Origin: Octopus vulgaris
Taxonomy: Eukaryota
Direction: 5' to 3'
Length of the DNA: 64,000 nt
Assembly: GCA_951406725.2 (NCBI GenBank)
Contig: OX597818.1
Location: 49,538,001-49,602,000, forward strand
The translations under genes and the position numbers were made by a program. Below, one piece after another: positions 49,807 to 61,282 of the stretch (position 1 is its first letter; the number at the start of each line of letters is the position of its first letter). The notes beneath the pieces were generated by a model that was not told where the DNA came from, did not search any database, and saw only the letters and a program-made list of their open reading frames with translations.

Positions 49807-50106
49807 TTGTGTTGATAAAAACAAAGAGAGAACATATCTTGGTAGCGCATTGAGATAAGAATTCATAGATAAAGGATATATTTTAAAGAATAGCATACAT
49901 GAAGGATTTTATCTACATTATGCCTTGTTTACAATTCTTATCATCTGTGGGTGCAAGATTGGTCAAATGATTAAGGAGTTTTCTTATCAATAAAATGGTT
50001 CCTGGTCTAATAATACTGTACTGTCATCTTGGTAAAGGACATTCTGTCATTCTCTTGAGTTGACTCCACTTTTGAAAGTGCAATTCAGTAGACAGAAGTA
50101 ATGTGA

Positions 50107-50527
50107 AGGTGGCAAGATGGCAGAATTGTTAGCACGCCCGGCGAAATGCTTAGCAGTATTTCGTCTGCCGTTACGTTCTGAGTTCAAATTCCGCCAAGGT
50201 CGACTTTACCTTTCATCCTTTCGGGGTCGATTAAATAAGTACCAGTTACGCACTGGGGGTCGATATAATCGACTTAATCTGTTTGTCTGTCCTTGTTTGT
50301 CCCCTCTGTGTTTAGCCCCTTGTGGCTAGTAAAGAAATAGGTATTTCATCTGCCATAACATTCTGAGTTCAAATCCCGCCGAGGTCGACTTTGCCTTTCA
50401 TCCTTTCGGGGTAGATAAATTAAGTACCAGTTACACACTGGGGTCGATGTAATCAACTTAATCCCTTTGTCTGTCCTTGTTTGTCCCTTCTATATTTAGC
50501 CCCTTGTGGGCAATAAAGAAATAAGAG
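50107..50527 (+). mobile_element. Family C SINE, dimeric form
   Basis: Full monomer 50107-50339 followed by a second unit lacking the A-box head. Confidence 0.88.
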
Positions 50528-50767
50528 ATGGCAAACCAGAGGGCTGTGCCAAGCTCTATTGTCTTTTTTTGACAATGTTTCTACAGCTGGATGCCTTTTC
50601 TAATGCTAACCACATTGCAGAGTTTACTGGTTGCTCTTTTATCTCCTCAGTGACCCTGCTGGTCCCTGAAGAGAGAAACTCTTCTAGGTTAAATTCTGTT
50701 ACTTTAGAGAATATATATATATTTAATTTTAATTCTTAATCCCTTTTTATATTTCTGCATAATATAT

Positions 50768-51085
50768 TCTTTTTATTCTTTTATTTGTTTCAGTCATTTG
50801 ACTGCGGCCATGCTGGAGCACCACCTCCAGTCAAGCAAATCGACCACAGGACTTATTCTTTGTAAGCCAAGTGCTTATTCTATTGATCTCTTTTGCTGAA
50901 GCGCTAAGTTATGGGTACGTAAACACACCAGCATCGGTTGTCAAGCAATGTTGGGACACATACACACACACACATATATATATATATACAACAGGCTTCT
51001 TTCAATTTCTGTGTACCAAATCCACTCACAAGGTTTTGGTCAGCCCAAGGTTATAGTAGAAGACATTTGCCCAAGGTGCTATGCT
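50768..51085 (-). mobile_element. Family A SINE, truncated
   Basis: Reverse-complement tail and body. Confidence 0.85.
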
Positions 51086-51614
51086 CCAGTTCTACTCCAC
51101 TGTAATGAGTACCATACAGAGTGCAGGTGCAGCTCCCTCTCTTCCTCCAGCTATCATATCCTAGATGTACCACAGGTCCTGGGGTGAGAGGCTGAGAAGT
51201 TGGGTGTATCTACTTGGACTACATAGGCTCCTAAAACATGGTACATGCTATCAGGTTATGCTTACTTGTGAGTAACAGCTAACGGTACCTCAGAACATGG
51301 TTTGAGGGACCTTTGGCTGCTATTTCTAGTCAGTCAAGCAAAAACGTAGAGGCTCCTTGATTATGTTGTATTTATGTCACTTCACTTACAATAAATTTGA
51401 GAAGCATATGTCATATGACATCATACTCCTTCCCAATTCTACAGGTGACTTCAACGAGGTATTATAAGACTTCTTTTTATTTATTTTAATTGATTTATTT
51501 AATTTTTGGCAACAGGAAACTTGTAGCAAATCATTTGAAGTTGTTGATTTACAAGATTTGACAGTGTTAGGCGTGTGAGGAAAGACTAACATAAACATTA
51601 TTTCTGACATGTTA

Positions 51615-51990
51615 CTGTTGTTGTTTAGTCCAAGGTCAACAGTCACTGAGCAGGCACTCATTGATCTAAGGCAGTCTAACTATGACCATCCTTTCTCATC
51701 TTTCATACTTTATCTCATATCATATTATCCAATATGTCCTTCCTTTTTTGTATGTTTCAAGATGGCAGAGTGGTGATTTGAATGAAATTTAGCTGCTATA
51801 TCTGCAGACCTATGATCTAAGGCAGAATGATAATCCTTTCTTATCTGCCATACTTTATCTCATATGATATTCTCAAGTGTGTCCTTCCTTTTTATATGTT
51901 TCAAGATGGCAGAGTAGTGACTTGAGTAAAATTTAGCTGCTATTTCTAGCAGGTCGATCAACCTTGTAGTAGCTCTTTCATTGGTTTGTC
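51615..51990. mobile_element. Unclassified interspersed repeat with internal ~145-bp tandem duplication
   Basis: TTGTTGTTTAG...ATTTAGCTGCTAT motifs recur at 53255-53435, 54580-54805 (inverted) and 62420-63065. Confidence 0.55.
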
Positions 51991-52359
51991 TAATCTGACA
52001 TACATTTAGCTGCAGTTAGTAGACCAAAGTGCAAAAGATATAGTAAAGATCATCCATATATGCATGTAATGGGTCAGAAGCTAAAATTCTAAAGAAATCA
52101 ATCATTAATCATCATCATCATTGTTCGACTGTGGTCGAGACAATGGAATCATTAGTGCCCACCCCAGCTCTGAAAATTAGATTTATCAGTTCTATGATAA
52201 TACTCAAGTAATTGTTTTATTTAATTTGTGCTTCAGTCAGAAGGTAATTTTCATTCAGAGCTTACATAGTATCTCAGATTTTAACTTAGAATGTAATTTT
52301 TTTTTTCAATATTATGCTCTGTTTTAGCATCTATTTCTGTTTTTAAGTTTCTGTCTTTT

Positions 52360-52624
52360 CTCCGAGAGTTGCTGAAGCATGGAACAAACTGCCGGCATCG
52401 GTTGTTAGTTGTCGGAGCACTGCATCCTTCAAAACTTCCATGCTTCCTGAGATTCGCCAACACTACACTTGATTTTCTCCCCTCCATACACACACAAGCA
52501 TGTATCTGACTCATACATTGTTCGTTTTCCAGACATTTCTACATTACTGCATGTACCTTATATGCACTTTCTGACAAGTTGTGGTGCACCTGAGCACTGT
52601 ATACAATAATTTCATTATTATTAT
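52360..52624 (+). mobile_element. 5'-truncated CR1/L2-group LINE 3' end
   Basis: RVAEAWNKLPASVVSCRSTASFK...HYT* (stop 52470-52472), 3' UTR and (ATT)n tail. Confidence 0.85.
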
Positions 52625-52968
52625 GATGTATTAGGTGAAGTTTGTAAATTAGGATAAGATTGTAGTGCTGAAGAGAAACTAGAATCCCAATCCTTCAGCT
52701 AAAGTCCTTCTTTTGTGAAAAAGAATTTTTGAGGTTTATGAAGCACTGAGAATGTATATATGTTTGAAGAAAGTGAAAAAAAAAATTTTTTAAATAGTTG
52801 AAAGAAAGGAGAGTAAAATGGGAGTGACAGTTTTCCAAGACATTTTGGTGTTATTGGTTGAGGCTATTAATCAGAACACAAGAAAATGTGTATCATCATA
52901 TTTCAAGTATGGCTCGTTTTTACATTCAGACATGATGGTGCATATATCAAACAGAAGTGAACAAAAAA

Positions 52969-53130
52969 ACTACTATTACTACTACTACTACCACTACCAC
53001 CACCACCACCACCACCACCATCACCATCACCAACACCACCACCACCACCATCACTACTACCACCACCACTACCACCACCACCACCACCGCCGCCATCACC
53101 AACACCACCACCATCACCACCACCACCACC

Positions 53131-53200
<70 letters not shown>

Positions 53201-53245
53201 CTTCTTCTTCTTCTTCTTCTTCTTCTTCTTCTTCTTCTTCTTCTC
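52969..53245. repeat. Compound trinucleotide array (ACT/ACC)n then (TCT)n
   Basis: Read directly; source of poly-H/T/Y/F/S ORFs. Confidence 0.97.
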
Positions 53246-53754
53246 TTCCTCCTCTTTCAGGTCAGCCCTAATCAAGCAAACATGATCAAAAGTGCTTCAT
53301 ACACAGTATAGCTAGACATATTACATTATCTTAATATATAAACTCCTATTTCAAGTCAGTAGTTTGTGATTTAAGGTAGATTTGCCTGCTGTTTCTAGCT
53401 GGCTAAACAACCATGTAGAGAGCCTCTCATTGACTTGTCATATTTCCCTGTGCATATCATTGGTGAAAAATCCCCCGTGAGTTATATTGTCTTCAAACTG
53501 CCAAGAGCCTTCATAGTACCATTTCAAGTGTGACAGACAGAAAGATTTATTTGAAATCTCAGTAAACTGTCAGTTTGAATGCATTAATCCAGATATTTAA
53601 TGAAGAAGCCTCTAAGCAGTCAGTCAACCTACAAGAAGGGCAGCCAACTTCCCCTCAAACCATAATCTACTTTAAAAATTGAGTAATATATTGGATAGTG
53701 TAGTCTTTGTTACATTGTCAGAAAATTAAAGGGAATGACTATGAGTGAAGCACT

Positions 53755-54204
53755 CAACTCTTTAACGTTCATATAACTCTGTCAAACGTAAGGCTTATTT
53801 ATTCACAATATTTTACATCCCCGTAACTTAGCGGTTCGGCAAAAGAGACCGATAGAATAAGTACTAGGCTTACAAAGAATAAGTCCTGGGGCTGATTTGC
53901 TCGGCTAAATGCGGTGCTCCAGCATGGCCACAGTCAAATGACTGAAACAAGTAAAATAGTAAAATAGTATTATTAACTTGTATACTATTTTACTATTTTA
54001 CTTGTTTCAGTCATTTGACTGTGGCCATGCTGGAGCACCGCCTTTAGCCGAGCAAATCAGCCCCAGGACTTATTCTTTGTAAGCCTAGTACTTATTCTAT
54101 TGGTCTCTTTTTGCTGAACCGCAAAGTTATGGGGATGTAAACACACCAGCATCGGTTGTCAAGCAAGGGTGGTGGGGGGGACAAACACAGACACAGAAAC
54201 ATAT

Positions 54205-54267
<63 letters not shown>

Positions 54268-54573
54268 ACGGGCTTCTTTCAGTTTCCATCTACCAAATCC
54301 ACTCACAAGGCTTTGGTCGGCCTGAGGCTATAGTAGAAGACACTTACCCAAGATGCCACGCAGTGGGACTGAACCCAGAACCATGTGGTTCGTAAGCAAG
54401 CTACTTACCACTCAGCCACTCCTGCGCCTATGTTTGAGATTTGAATGATGTAATTGTTTATTTTTAGAATGGCATTGTAAGGCAGGTGGAAGAGGTCAGA
54501 TCTGGTCAGTTTGAACATAAAACAAGTTGAATATTTTGGTTAGATATGATTGATTTAAATGTTAAAGGGTTAA
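53755..54573. mobile_element. Decayed piggyBac-type MITE hosting a tail-to-tail SINE pair
   Basis: Left end CTCTTTAACGTT, right end AATGTTAAAGGG|TTAA. Confidence 0.5.
53812..54430. mobile_element. Tail-to-tail family A SINE pair (plus fragment 53812-53970, minus full copy 53982-54430)
   Basis: ~160-bp inverted arms with an 11-nt spacer. Confidence 0.92.
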
Positions 54574-55143
54574 TTTACATATTTAATGAAGAAACCTCTG
54601 AGCAGTCACTCAACCTGCGAAAAAGAACAATCGAATTCCCCTCAAGCCATAATCTACTATTTAAAAAATAGAATAACACATTGGATAAGGTAGTCTTGGT
54701 TACTTTATGAGGACATGTCTATGGCTAGAGCACATTGATCAAAGTTCTGCTTGATCTGAGACCATCAGGAGCTACGCAAACATACAACGACAACAACAGC
54801 AACAACTTAAAAAGATTTACTTGATACAAATATTGAGTGAGAAATTTACATTGACAAGACTTCACTGTTGAATAAGTCCATTGTCAGCTTGTGTCTTTCC
54901 GAACTCTCAAGAATCACGTATGATATACATTTTATGCTAACTTGTCTATAATGTTCTGGGTCACCTCCTTTATCTTTCAAATCCATGGAATATTCTTGTG
55001 TGTAACTCAAGTGGAGGTTTGTCTATTGTTGGTGTAATTGCTTTTACAGTGAAATCGCTGTTTCACCTGCTTCATCCAGACACGGTTTTGTGTGTCTTAC
55101 CAAGGAGCAGTAAATACAATGGCTGTAGTAGTATGGTTTAAAG

Positions 55144-55144
55144 T

Positions 55145-55184
<40 letters not shown>

Positions 55185-55253
55185 GCTGCTGCTACCACCA
55201 CTACTACTACTACTACCACCACCACCACTACTACTACTACTACTACCATCACC

Positions 55254-55312
<59 letters not shown>

Positions 55313-55610
55313 CACTATCACTACTACTACTACTACCACCACCACCACCACCACTACTACTACTATTACTACTACCACCACCACTATCACTACTACTACT
55401 ACCACCACCACCCACCACCACCACCACCACCACCACCACCACTACTACCACCACCACCACCACCACCACCACCATTACTACTACCACCACCACCACCACC
55501 ACCACCACCACTACTACTACTATTACTACTACTACTACTAAAACCACCACCACCACCACCACCGCCACCACCGCCACTGCCTTCCGCTACTGCTGCTGCT
55601 GCTGTTGCTA
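55144..55610. repeat. Long compound (ACT/ACC)n trinucleotide array
   Basis: Read directly. Confidence 0.97.
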
Positions 55611-55965
55611 AAAGTAGTAGAAGGATCTATAGAAATCCTAAACAGCTATGCTTGTAATATTTTTAAACTGATTTTTTTGCCCAGTTAACGTATTGTTAAC
55701 ATTCTCTCTATGAAATATGTTTAATCTAACAGCATTTAAGCTCATGTCCAAGCTTGCAAAAGAACTTTGCCAGGGGTTGGGTGTGTTTTAAGAGCAACTA
55801 TTCAAAGTGTCTCACAGTAGCTTCAACTAAATTTAGAACAATATTTACTCTTTACTCTAATAATTGAATAAATATGAAGTGAAGTATAATTGTTAACCAA
55901 TTCAAAGTTTAATGCATTTGTCTCTTCAGGGAATTTTTATTTGTCATTTGATATACATCAAGAGA

Positions 55966-56194
55966 TTATTTTATTTTATTTTTTTTTATTTTATCTAGTT
56001 TCAGCTCACGAGCTGTGGCCATGCTGGGGCACCGCCATTGAGAATGTGCTATGCTTACTGCACCTAGGTTTCCCAAGCGGTCACCCATCTAAGTACTGAC
56101 TAGGCTCGATGTTGCTTAACTTCGGTGATCAGACGAGAACCGGTGTTTTCAACGTGATATGGCCGTAAGCCATATTACGTAAGGTGGCCGTAAG
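55966..56194 (-). mobile_element. Candidate 5S rRNA-derived SINE (SINE3) or 5S-LINE-tail chimeric retrocopy
   Basis: 5S head, short linker, GGCGGTGCCCCAGCATGGCCACAGCTCGTGAGCTGAAAC tail homologous to the family A tail, and A-rich end. Confidence 0.75.
56052..56170 (-). rRNA. 5S: Full-length 5S rRNA sequence (dispersed copy, probably a retrocopy or pseudogene)
   Basis: Minus strand GCTTACGGCCATATCACGTTGAAAACACCGGTTCTCGTCTGATCACCGAAGTTAAGCAAC...AGTACTTAGATGGGTGACCGCTTGGGAA...GTGCAGTAAGC, 119 nt, helix I GCTTAC/GTAAGC, box A and box C present; no oligo-T terminator. Confidence 0.92.
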
Positions 56195-56549
56195 ATTAAT
56201 CTGAATTTATTATTTTAAACAAACTTCTGTAAAAATAATCCTCTCTGTTATAGGCTCAAAACCTAAAGTTTTGGGGGAAGAGGTTTGGTTGATTACACTG
56301 ATCCCTGTACATAATTGGTTCTTATTTTATTGATCCGCACAAAAGGATGAAAGGAAAAGTCAGCCTCAGCAGAATTTGAACTCAGAACATAAAGACTAAC
56401 AAAATCTCACTAAGTATTTTTGTCCTGCATGTTAATAATTCTGCTGCCAGGTTGCCATCCTAACTTCTGTAAAAAAATAATATAAATGTGTTAATTCTGT
56501 TTTAAAATATCTCAAAGTACAGATGTAAAGATATAAATAATAGTACATA

Positions 56550-56754
56550 CAGTGCGGGATTTAGGACAAATGAGACCCTATGCTAGTTATGTTATGAGGC
56601 CTTGTGCTAGTTAAGTTATGAGGTCCCTTATTTGGACAGTCAGACATACATGCTCAGGAAATTCAAAATAAAAACTTTTGGGGACAGGGCCCCTCCTGGT
56701 GAAATGAGGCCCTGTGCTTAAGCACACCTAAACACAATAGTAAATCTGGCAGTG
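56550..56754. mobile_element. hAT-type MITE
   Basis: Imperfect TIR CAGTGCGGGATTTA / TAAATCTGGCAGTG; 8-bp TSD agtacata / agtacaaa. Confidence 0.75.
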
Positions 56755-56944
56755 AGTACAAAGCCAGAATTTTGGTGGAAGAGGGCTAATTGATTATATT
56801 GATCCCTGTGCTCAATTGATACAAATTTCATAGATCCCGAAAGGATGAAAGGCTAAGTCAACTCAAAATGCAAAGACAGACAAAATGCCATGAAGTAGTT
56901 TCTCTGGCATGCCAATAATTCTGTTAGCTCACCACCTTATAATA

Positions 56945-57363
56945 TTTTTTTTTATTATTGCCCACAAAAGGATAAACATAGAGGGGACAAACAAGGACAG
57001 ACAAACAGATTAAGTCAATTAGATCGACCCTAGTGCATAACTGGTACTTATTTAATCGACCCTGAAAGGATGAAAGGCAAAGTTGACCTCGGCAGAATTT
57101 GAACTCAGAACGTAACGGCAGAGGAAATACCTATTTCTTTACTATCCACAAGGGGCTAAACACAGAGAGGACAAACAAGGACAGACAAATGGATTAAGTC
57201 GATTATATCGACCCCAGTGCGTAACTGGTACTTATTTAATCGACCCCAAAAGGATGAAAGGCAAAGTTGACCTCGGCGGAATTTGAACTCAGAACGTAGC
57301 GACAAACGAAACGCTGTTGAGAATTTCGCCCAGCGTGCTAACGTTTCTGCCAGCTCACCACCT
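56945..57363 (-). mobile_element. Family C SINE, dimeric form
   Basis: Same two-unit layout and junction as 50107-50527; older C-like copies at 56255-56460 and 56763-56940. Confidence 0.88.
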
Positions 57364-57729
57364 TAACTTCTGTAAAAAATAATATAAATGTATTAATCCT
57401 CTTTTAGAATATCACAAAGCACACACATAAAGATATTAATAATACCACATAAAATAGTGGGTGGTAAAAACTCCATTTAGATAGAAAATAATTGAAGGCT
57501 ATCCATGGAGTCCAAAAAGGTTTTCAATCTAATACTTACATGCTATAATTTATTGCTTTTGGTGTGTGCTTCGAGATATTTCAAAACAAAAGAATCAGTT
57601 CACATTCTCTTGTAAGTTTATTTCATATCAAATATTTTAGTGTTTCTCTTCTTTTAATGTTGATCTCTTTCTCTCCCTCCTCTCTCTCAGTCTCTCCTTC
57701 TGTTTATGTGTATGAGCATCTAATTATGC

Positions 57730-58415
57730 TTACTCTTTTACTCCTTTACTTGTTTCAGTCATTTGACTGTGGCCATGCCAGAGCACCACCTTTAGTTGAG
57801 CAAATCGATCCCAGGACTTATTCTTTGTAAGCCCAGTACTTATTCTATTGGTCTCTTTTGCCGAACTGCTAAGTTACGGGGATGTAAACACACCAGCATC
57901 GGTTGTCAAGCGATGTTGGGGGGGACAAACACAGACTCACAAACATATATAAACACACACACATACATGTATACATATATACAACAGGCTTCTTTCAGTT
58001 TCCGTCTACCAAATCCACTCACAAGGCTTTGGTCGGCCTGATGCTATAGTAGAAGACACTTGCCCAAGATGCCACGCAGTGGGACTGAACCCGGAACCAT
58101 GTGGTTGGTAAGCAAGCTACTTACCACACAGCCACTCCTGCGCCTGTATGTGTACATTTTTGAACACGCATGCATGCATGTGTGTGTGTGTGTGTGTGTG
58201 TATGCATGTGTATCTGTGTCTGTGTTTGTCCCCCACCATCACTTGATAACTGGTGTGGGTGTGTTTATGCCCCCATAATTTAATGGTTAGATAAAAGAAA
58301 CTGGTAGGATAAGTACTAGGCTTAAAACAAAAATTAAGCACTGAGGTCTGTTCATTTGAGGTGTTGCCCCAGCATGGCTGCAGTTTAATAACTGAAACAA
58401 GTAAAAGATAGAAGA
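57730..58415. mobile_element. Family A SINE (minus, 57730-58146) abutting an older plus-strand 3' half (58147-58415)
   Basis: Head of the minus copy ends CCTGCGCC at ~58144; plus fragment ends AACTGAAACAAGTAAAAGA. Confidence 0.85.
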
Positions 58416-58540
58416 TAATAGCACTGAAGTGTACTAGGTAGCACAGTTGCCTAGAATGTGACAGACATGAAGTTTGATCCCTGTTCTTTAAAATTATGAA
58501 TGACACAGTTCATTAAACTTAAACTAGCAGCAAAATAAAT

Positions 58541-59215
58541 TAAACAAGAGCCCTCAGAGAGTGCAAACCTCTGCCAAGGCAACACCAACGTTCTCTCAAT
58601 GATTAGTCAGAGATTATTTTTTAAGATGAGAATATCTTTATATATAAAAGAGAAGTTGTGTGTCTGTCTCCTACGATTTAGATTCCTAACTACTCCCACA
58701 TTTTGCGGTGCAGTTTAACCAAAACCGGGTATCTTATAGTCGTGATTCATATCGAGCCCTTCTGGGTATCAGCGCATGTCTACGATGAGTCTACGATTTA
58801 AAAAAAAATTACCACCATTTTCTCCCATTTTTAATGCATTTTTTTTGCTATTATATAAGGGAAGTAACTCTCTAAAAATGCTTATATAGTTATTTCCCTT
58901 ACAAACCCGAGCAACGCCGGGCGATACTGCTAATCTGAAATAAATTCGACTGCTCTCACAAACGAGAGTACTTAAAAATGAACCTAACCGCTCTCAAAAA
59001 TTAAGTAAACAAAAAAACAGGAAAAATAATCCAGAATCCTTGTCCGGTACCAGATCGATCCCCAAATCTAATCAGTTTGTGTCAGTCACAAGGCCAAACA
59101 TCCCTGAAAGTTTCATCTGAATCCATCCAGAGGTTCTTGAGATATCTTGTCCACAGACAAACAAACAAACATGACTCAAAACAACACCTTGCCTTCACTA
59201 AGGTGGAGGTAATAA
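58541..59215 (+). mobile_element. Helentron-associated (HINE/DINE-like) non-autonomous element
   Basis: TT|AAACAAGAG start, AAAGTTTCAT...ATCC..GGTTCTTGAGATAT block, (ACAA)n, 3' hairpin then GGAGGTAATAA. Confidence 0.55.
58635..58933 (+). mobile_element. Complete non-autonomous Helitron-like element
   Basis: Inserted between A and T; 5' TC, 3' hairpin CCCGAGCAACGCCGGG, CTAA terminus; no TSD; second copy at 1-183. Confidence 0.8.
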
Positions 59216-59649
59216 AGCTCTAAATACAAATCTAAGGGAGTCATTATAAGTAGCCATAGAATACTGACAGTATTTGGAAAAGGAGCTGGTTGAAACAATG
59301 TAAACCAGATTTACATGAAAATTACCATTAATAGTCTGTCATTGCTTTTAAATTTCATTAGATGCTAATAATATTCCATAATAAGTTAGTAGATTTTTAA
59401 GGATAGAAATGAAAGCTGTAGTCAAAATAAAATTAACCTCTGGAAGCCGTGGCCTTTGCAAACAGTAATGTTAAAATTCTTGACCTCTTTCATGAATAAT
59501 CGGTAATTAATTTCTAATGAACAATCAAAGGTAATTAAACAATGATGAATGGTATAGTGGTCGCAGTTGCCAGGAGATTTGGACATAGAATATTAGTACA
59601 TTACAAATGACAGCTGACTGCTAAAGGACAACTATTTCGGGAGCTAACA

Positions 59650-59800
59650 TCTCTCTCTCTCTCTCTCTTGCTTTCTCTATCTCTTTCCTTCTCTCACTTT
59701 CTCTCTTGCTTTCTCTGTCTCTTTCCTTCTCTCACTTTCTCTCTCTTGCTTTCTCTGTCTCACTTTCTCACTCATTTACACACACACACATACACACATC
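59650..59800. repeat. (CT)-rich tandem repeat and (CA)n
   Basis: CTCTCTTGCTTTCTCT units three times. Confidence 0.85.
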
Positions 59801-60162
59801 TACATATATACCTAAACAATTTAAAATAGTTTCAAAAGTAATCTGAGGCATAAGCTTTTCCATTTTGATATACTTGCCAACATCTGGAATAAGCTAATTG
59901 TTAATGAGAAATCTTAGCTATGTTATAAAGCGAAAGGAACGTAAAAGTATTACATCATAACTAAAACAAAGGAAGTGGACAAGCTGACTCGAAATTTAAG
60001 TGATAGCTTAGTACTTTAAAGTTAATACTGAGTGCTACTGAAGCATATATAAACTTTACTTTGCATACTATTTATTTAGAGTTAAAAATTTAAAGCTAGA
60101 ACTCAAAATCTTGGCTTGCTTGTTATGCAATGATGAATAGAAATGTAACTTCAAATCCCTAC

Positions 60163-60339
60163 TGGCTGTGTGGTAAGTAGCTTGCTTACCAACCACATGG
60201 TTCTGGGTTCAGTCCCACTGCGTGGCACCTTGGGCAAGTGTCTTCTACTATAGCCTCGGGCCGACCAATGCCTTGTGAGTGGATTTGGTAGACGGAAACT
60301 GAAAGAAGCCCGTCATATATATGTATATATATATATATA

Positions 60340-60376
<37 letters not shown>

Positions 60377-60610
60377 CTGTGCATGTATGTTTGTGCATCT
60401 GTGTTTGTCCCCCTAGCATTGCTTGACAACCGATGCTGGTGTGTTTATGTCCCCGTCACTTAGCGGTTCAGCAAAAGACACCGATAGAATAAGTACTGGG
60501 CTTACAAAGAATAAGTCCCGGGGTCGAGTTGCTCGACTAAAGGCGATGCTCCAGCATGGCCGCAGTCAACTGACTGAAACAAGTAAAAGAGTAAAAGAGT
60601 AAAAGAGTAA
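60163..60610 (+). mobile_element. Family A SINE
   Basis: Near-consensus, (GTAAAAGA)n tail. Confidence 0.92.
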
Positions 60611-60765
60611 CTTAAAAAAGGGTATCAGAACTTATATTTGTAAGAAGCATTAGGTAGGAAAATAGACACGGAAACTAATAATGATACTTGAAAATTTGAA
60701 GTAACGAAATTGTAAAGTTTATTGAATAAAAATGCAGTGAGTTATGTTCCATAAAGAAATCTTGT

Positions 60766-61282
60766 GTGTGGAGGTACATGGCTTAGTGGTTAGGGTGTCA
60801 GCATCATGATCGTAAGATTGTGGTTTCGATTCTTGGACTGGGCGACGCGTTGTGTTCTTGAGCAAAGCACTTCATTTCACGTTGCTCCAGTCCACTCAGC
60901 TGGCAAAAATGAGTAACGTTGCAATGGACTGGCGTCCTGTCCAGCTGGGGAACACATATGCCATCAAAACCGGGAAACTGGGCCCATGAGCCTGGCTAGG
61001 CTTTAAAAGGGCGCAAGTGGAGGCGCGTGGCTTAGTGGTTAGGGTGTCAGCATCATGATCGTAAGATTGTGGTTTCGATTCTTTGACTGGGCGACGCGTT
61101 GTGTTCTTGAGCAAAGCACTTCATTTCACGTTGCTCCAGTCCACTCAGCTGGCAAAAATGAGTAACGTTGCGATGGACTGGCGTCCTGTCCAGCTGGGGA
61201 ACACATATGCCATTGAAACCGGGAAACCAGGCCCATGAGCCTGGCTAGGCTTTAAAAGGGCGCATTTATTTATTATTTATTT
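60766..61282 (+). mobile_element. Head-to-tail dimer of a V-domain tRNA SINE
   Basis: Monomers at ~60768-61015 and 61017-61265; single (TTTA)n tail; flanking TAAAGAAATC(T/A)TGT duplication. Confidence 0.9.

Noticed and set aside
52818-53285. 155-aa His/Tyr/Phe-rich ORF and overlapping poly-T/poly-V ORFs
   Set aside because: Translations of a trinucleotide array; open in several frames, with no splice or homology support
55044-55577. 177-aa Val/Gly/Ser ORF and mucin-like Thr ORF
   Set aside because: Same microsatellite artefact
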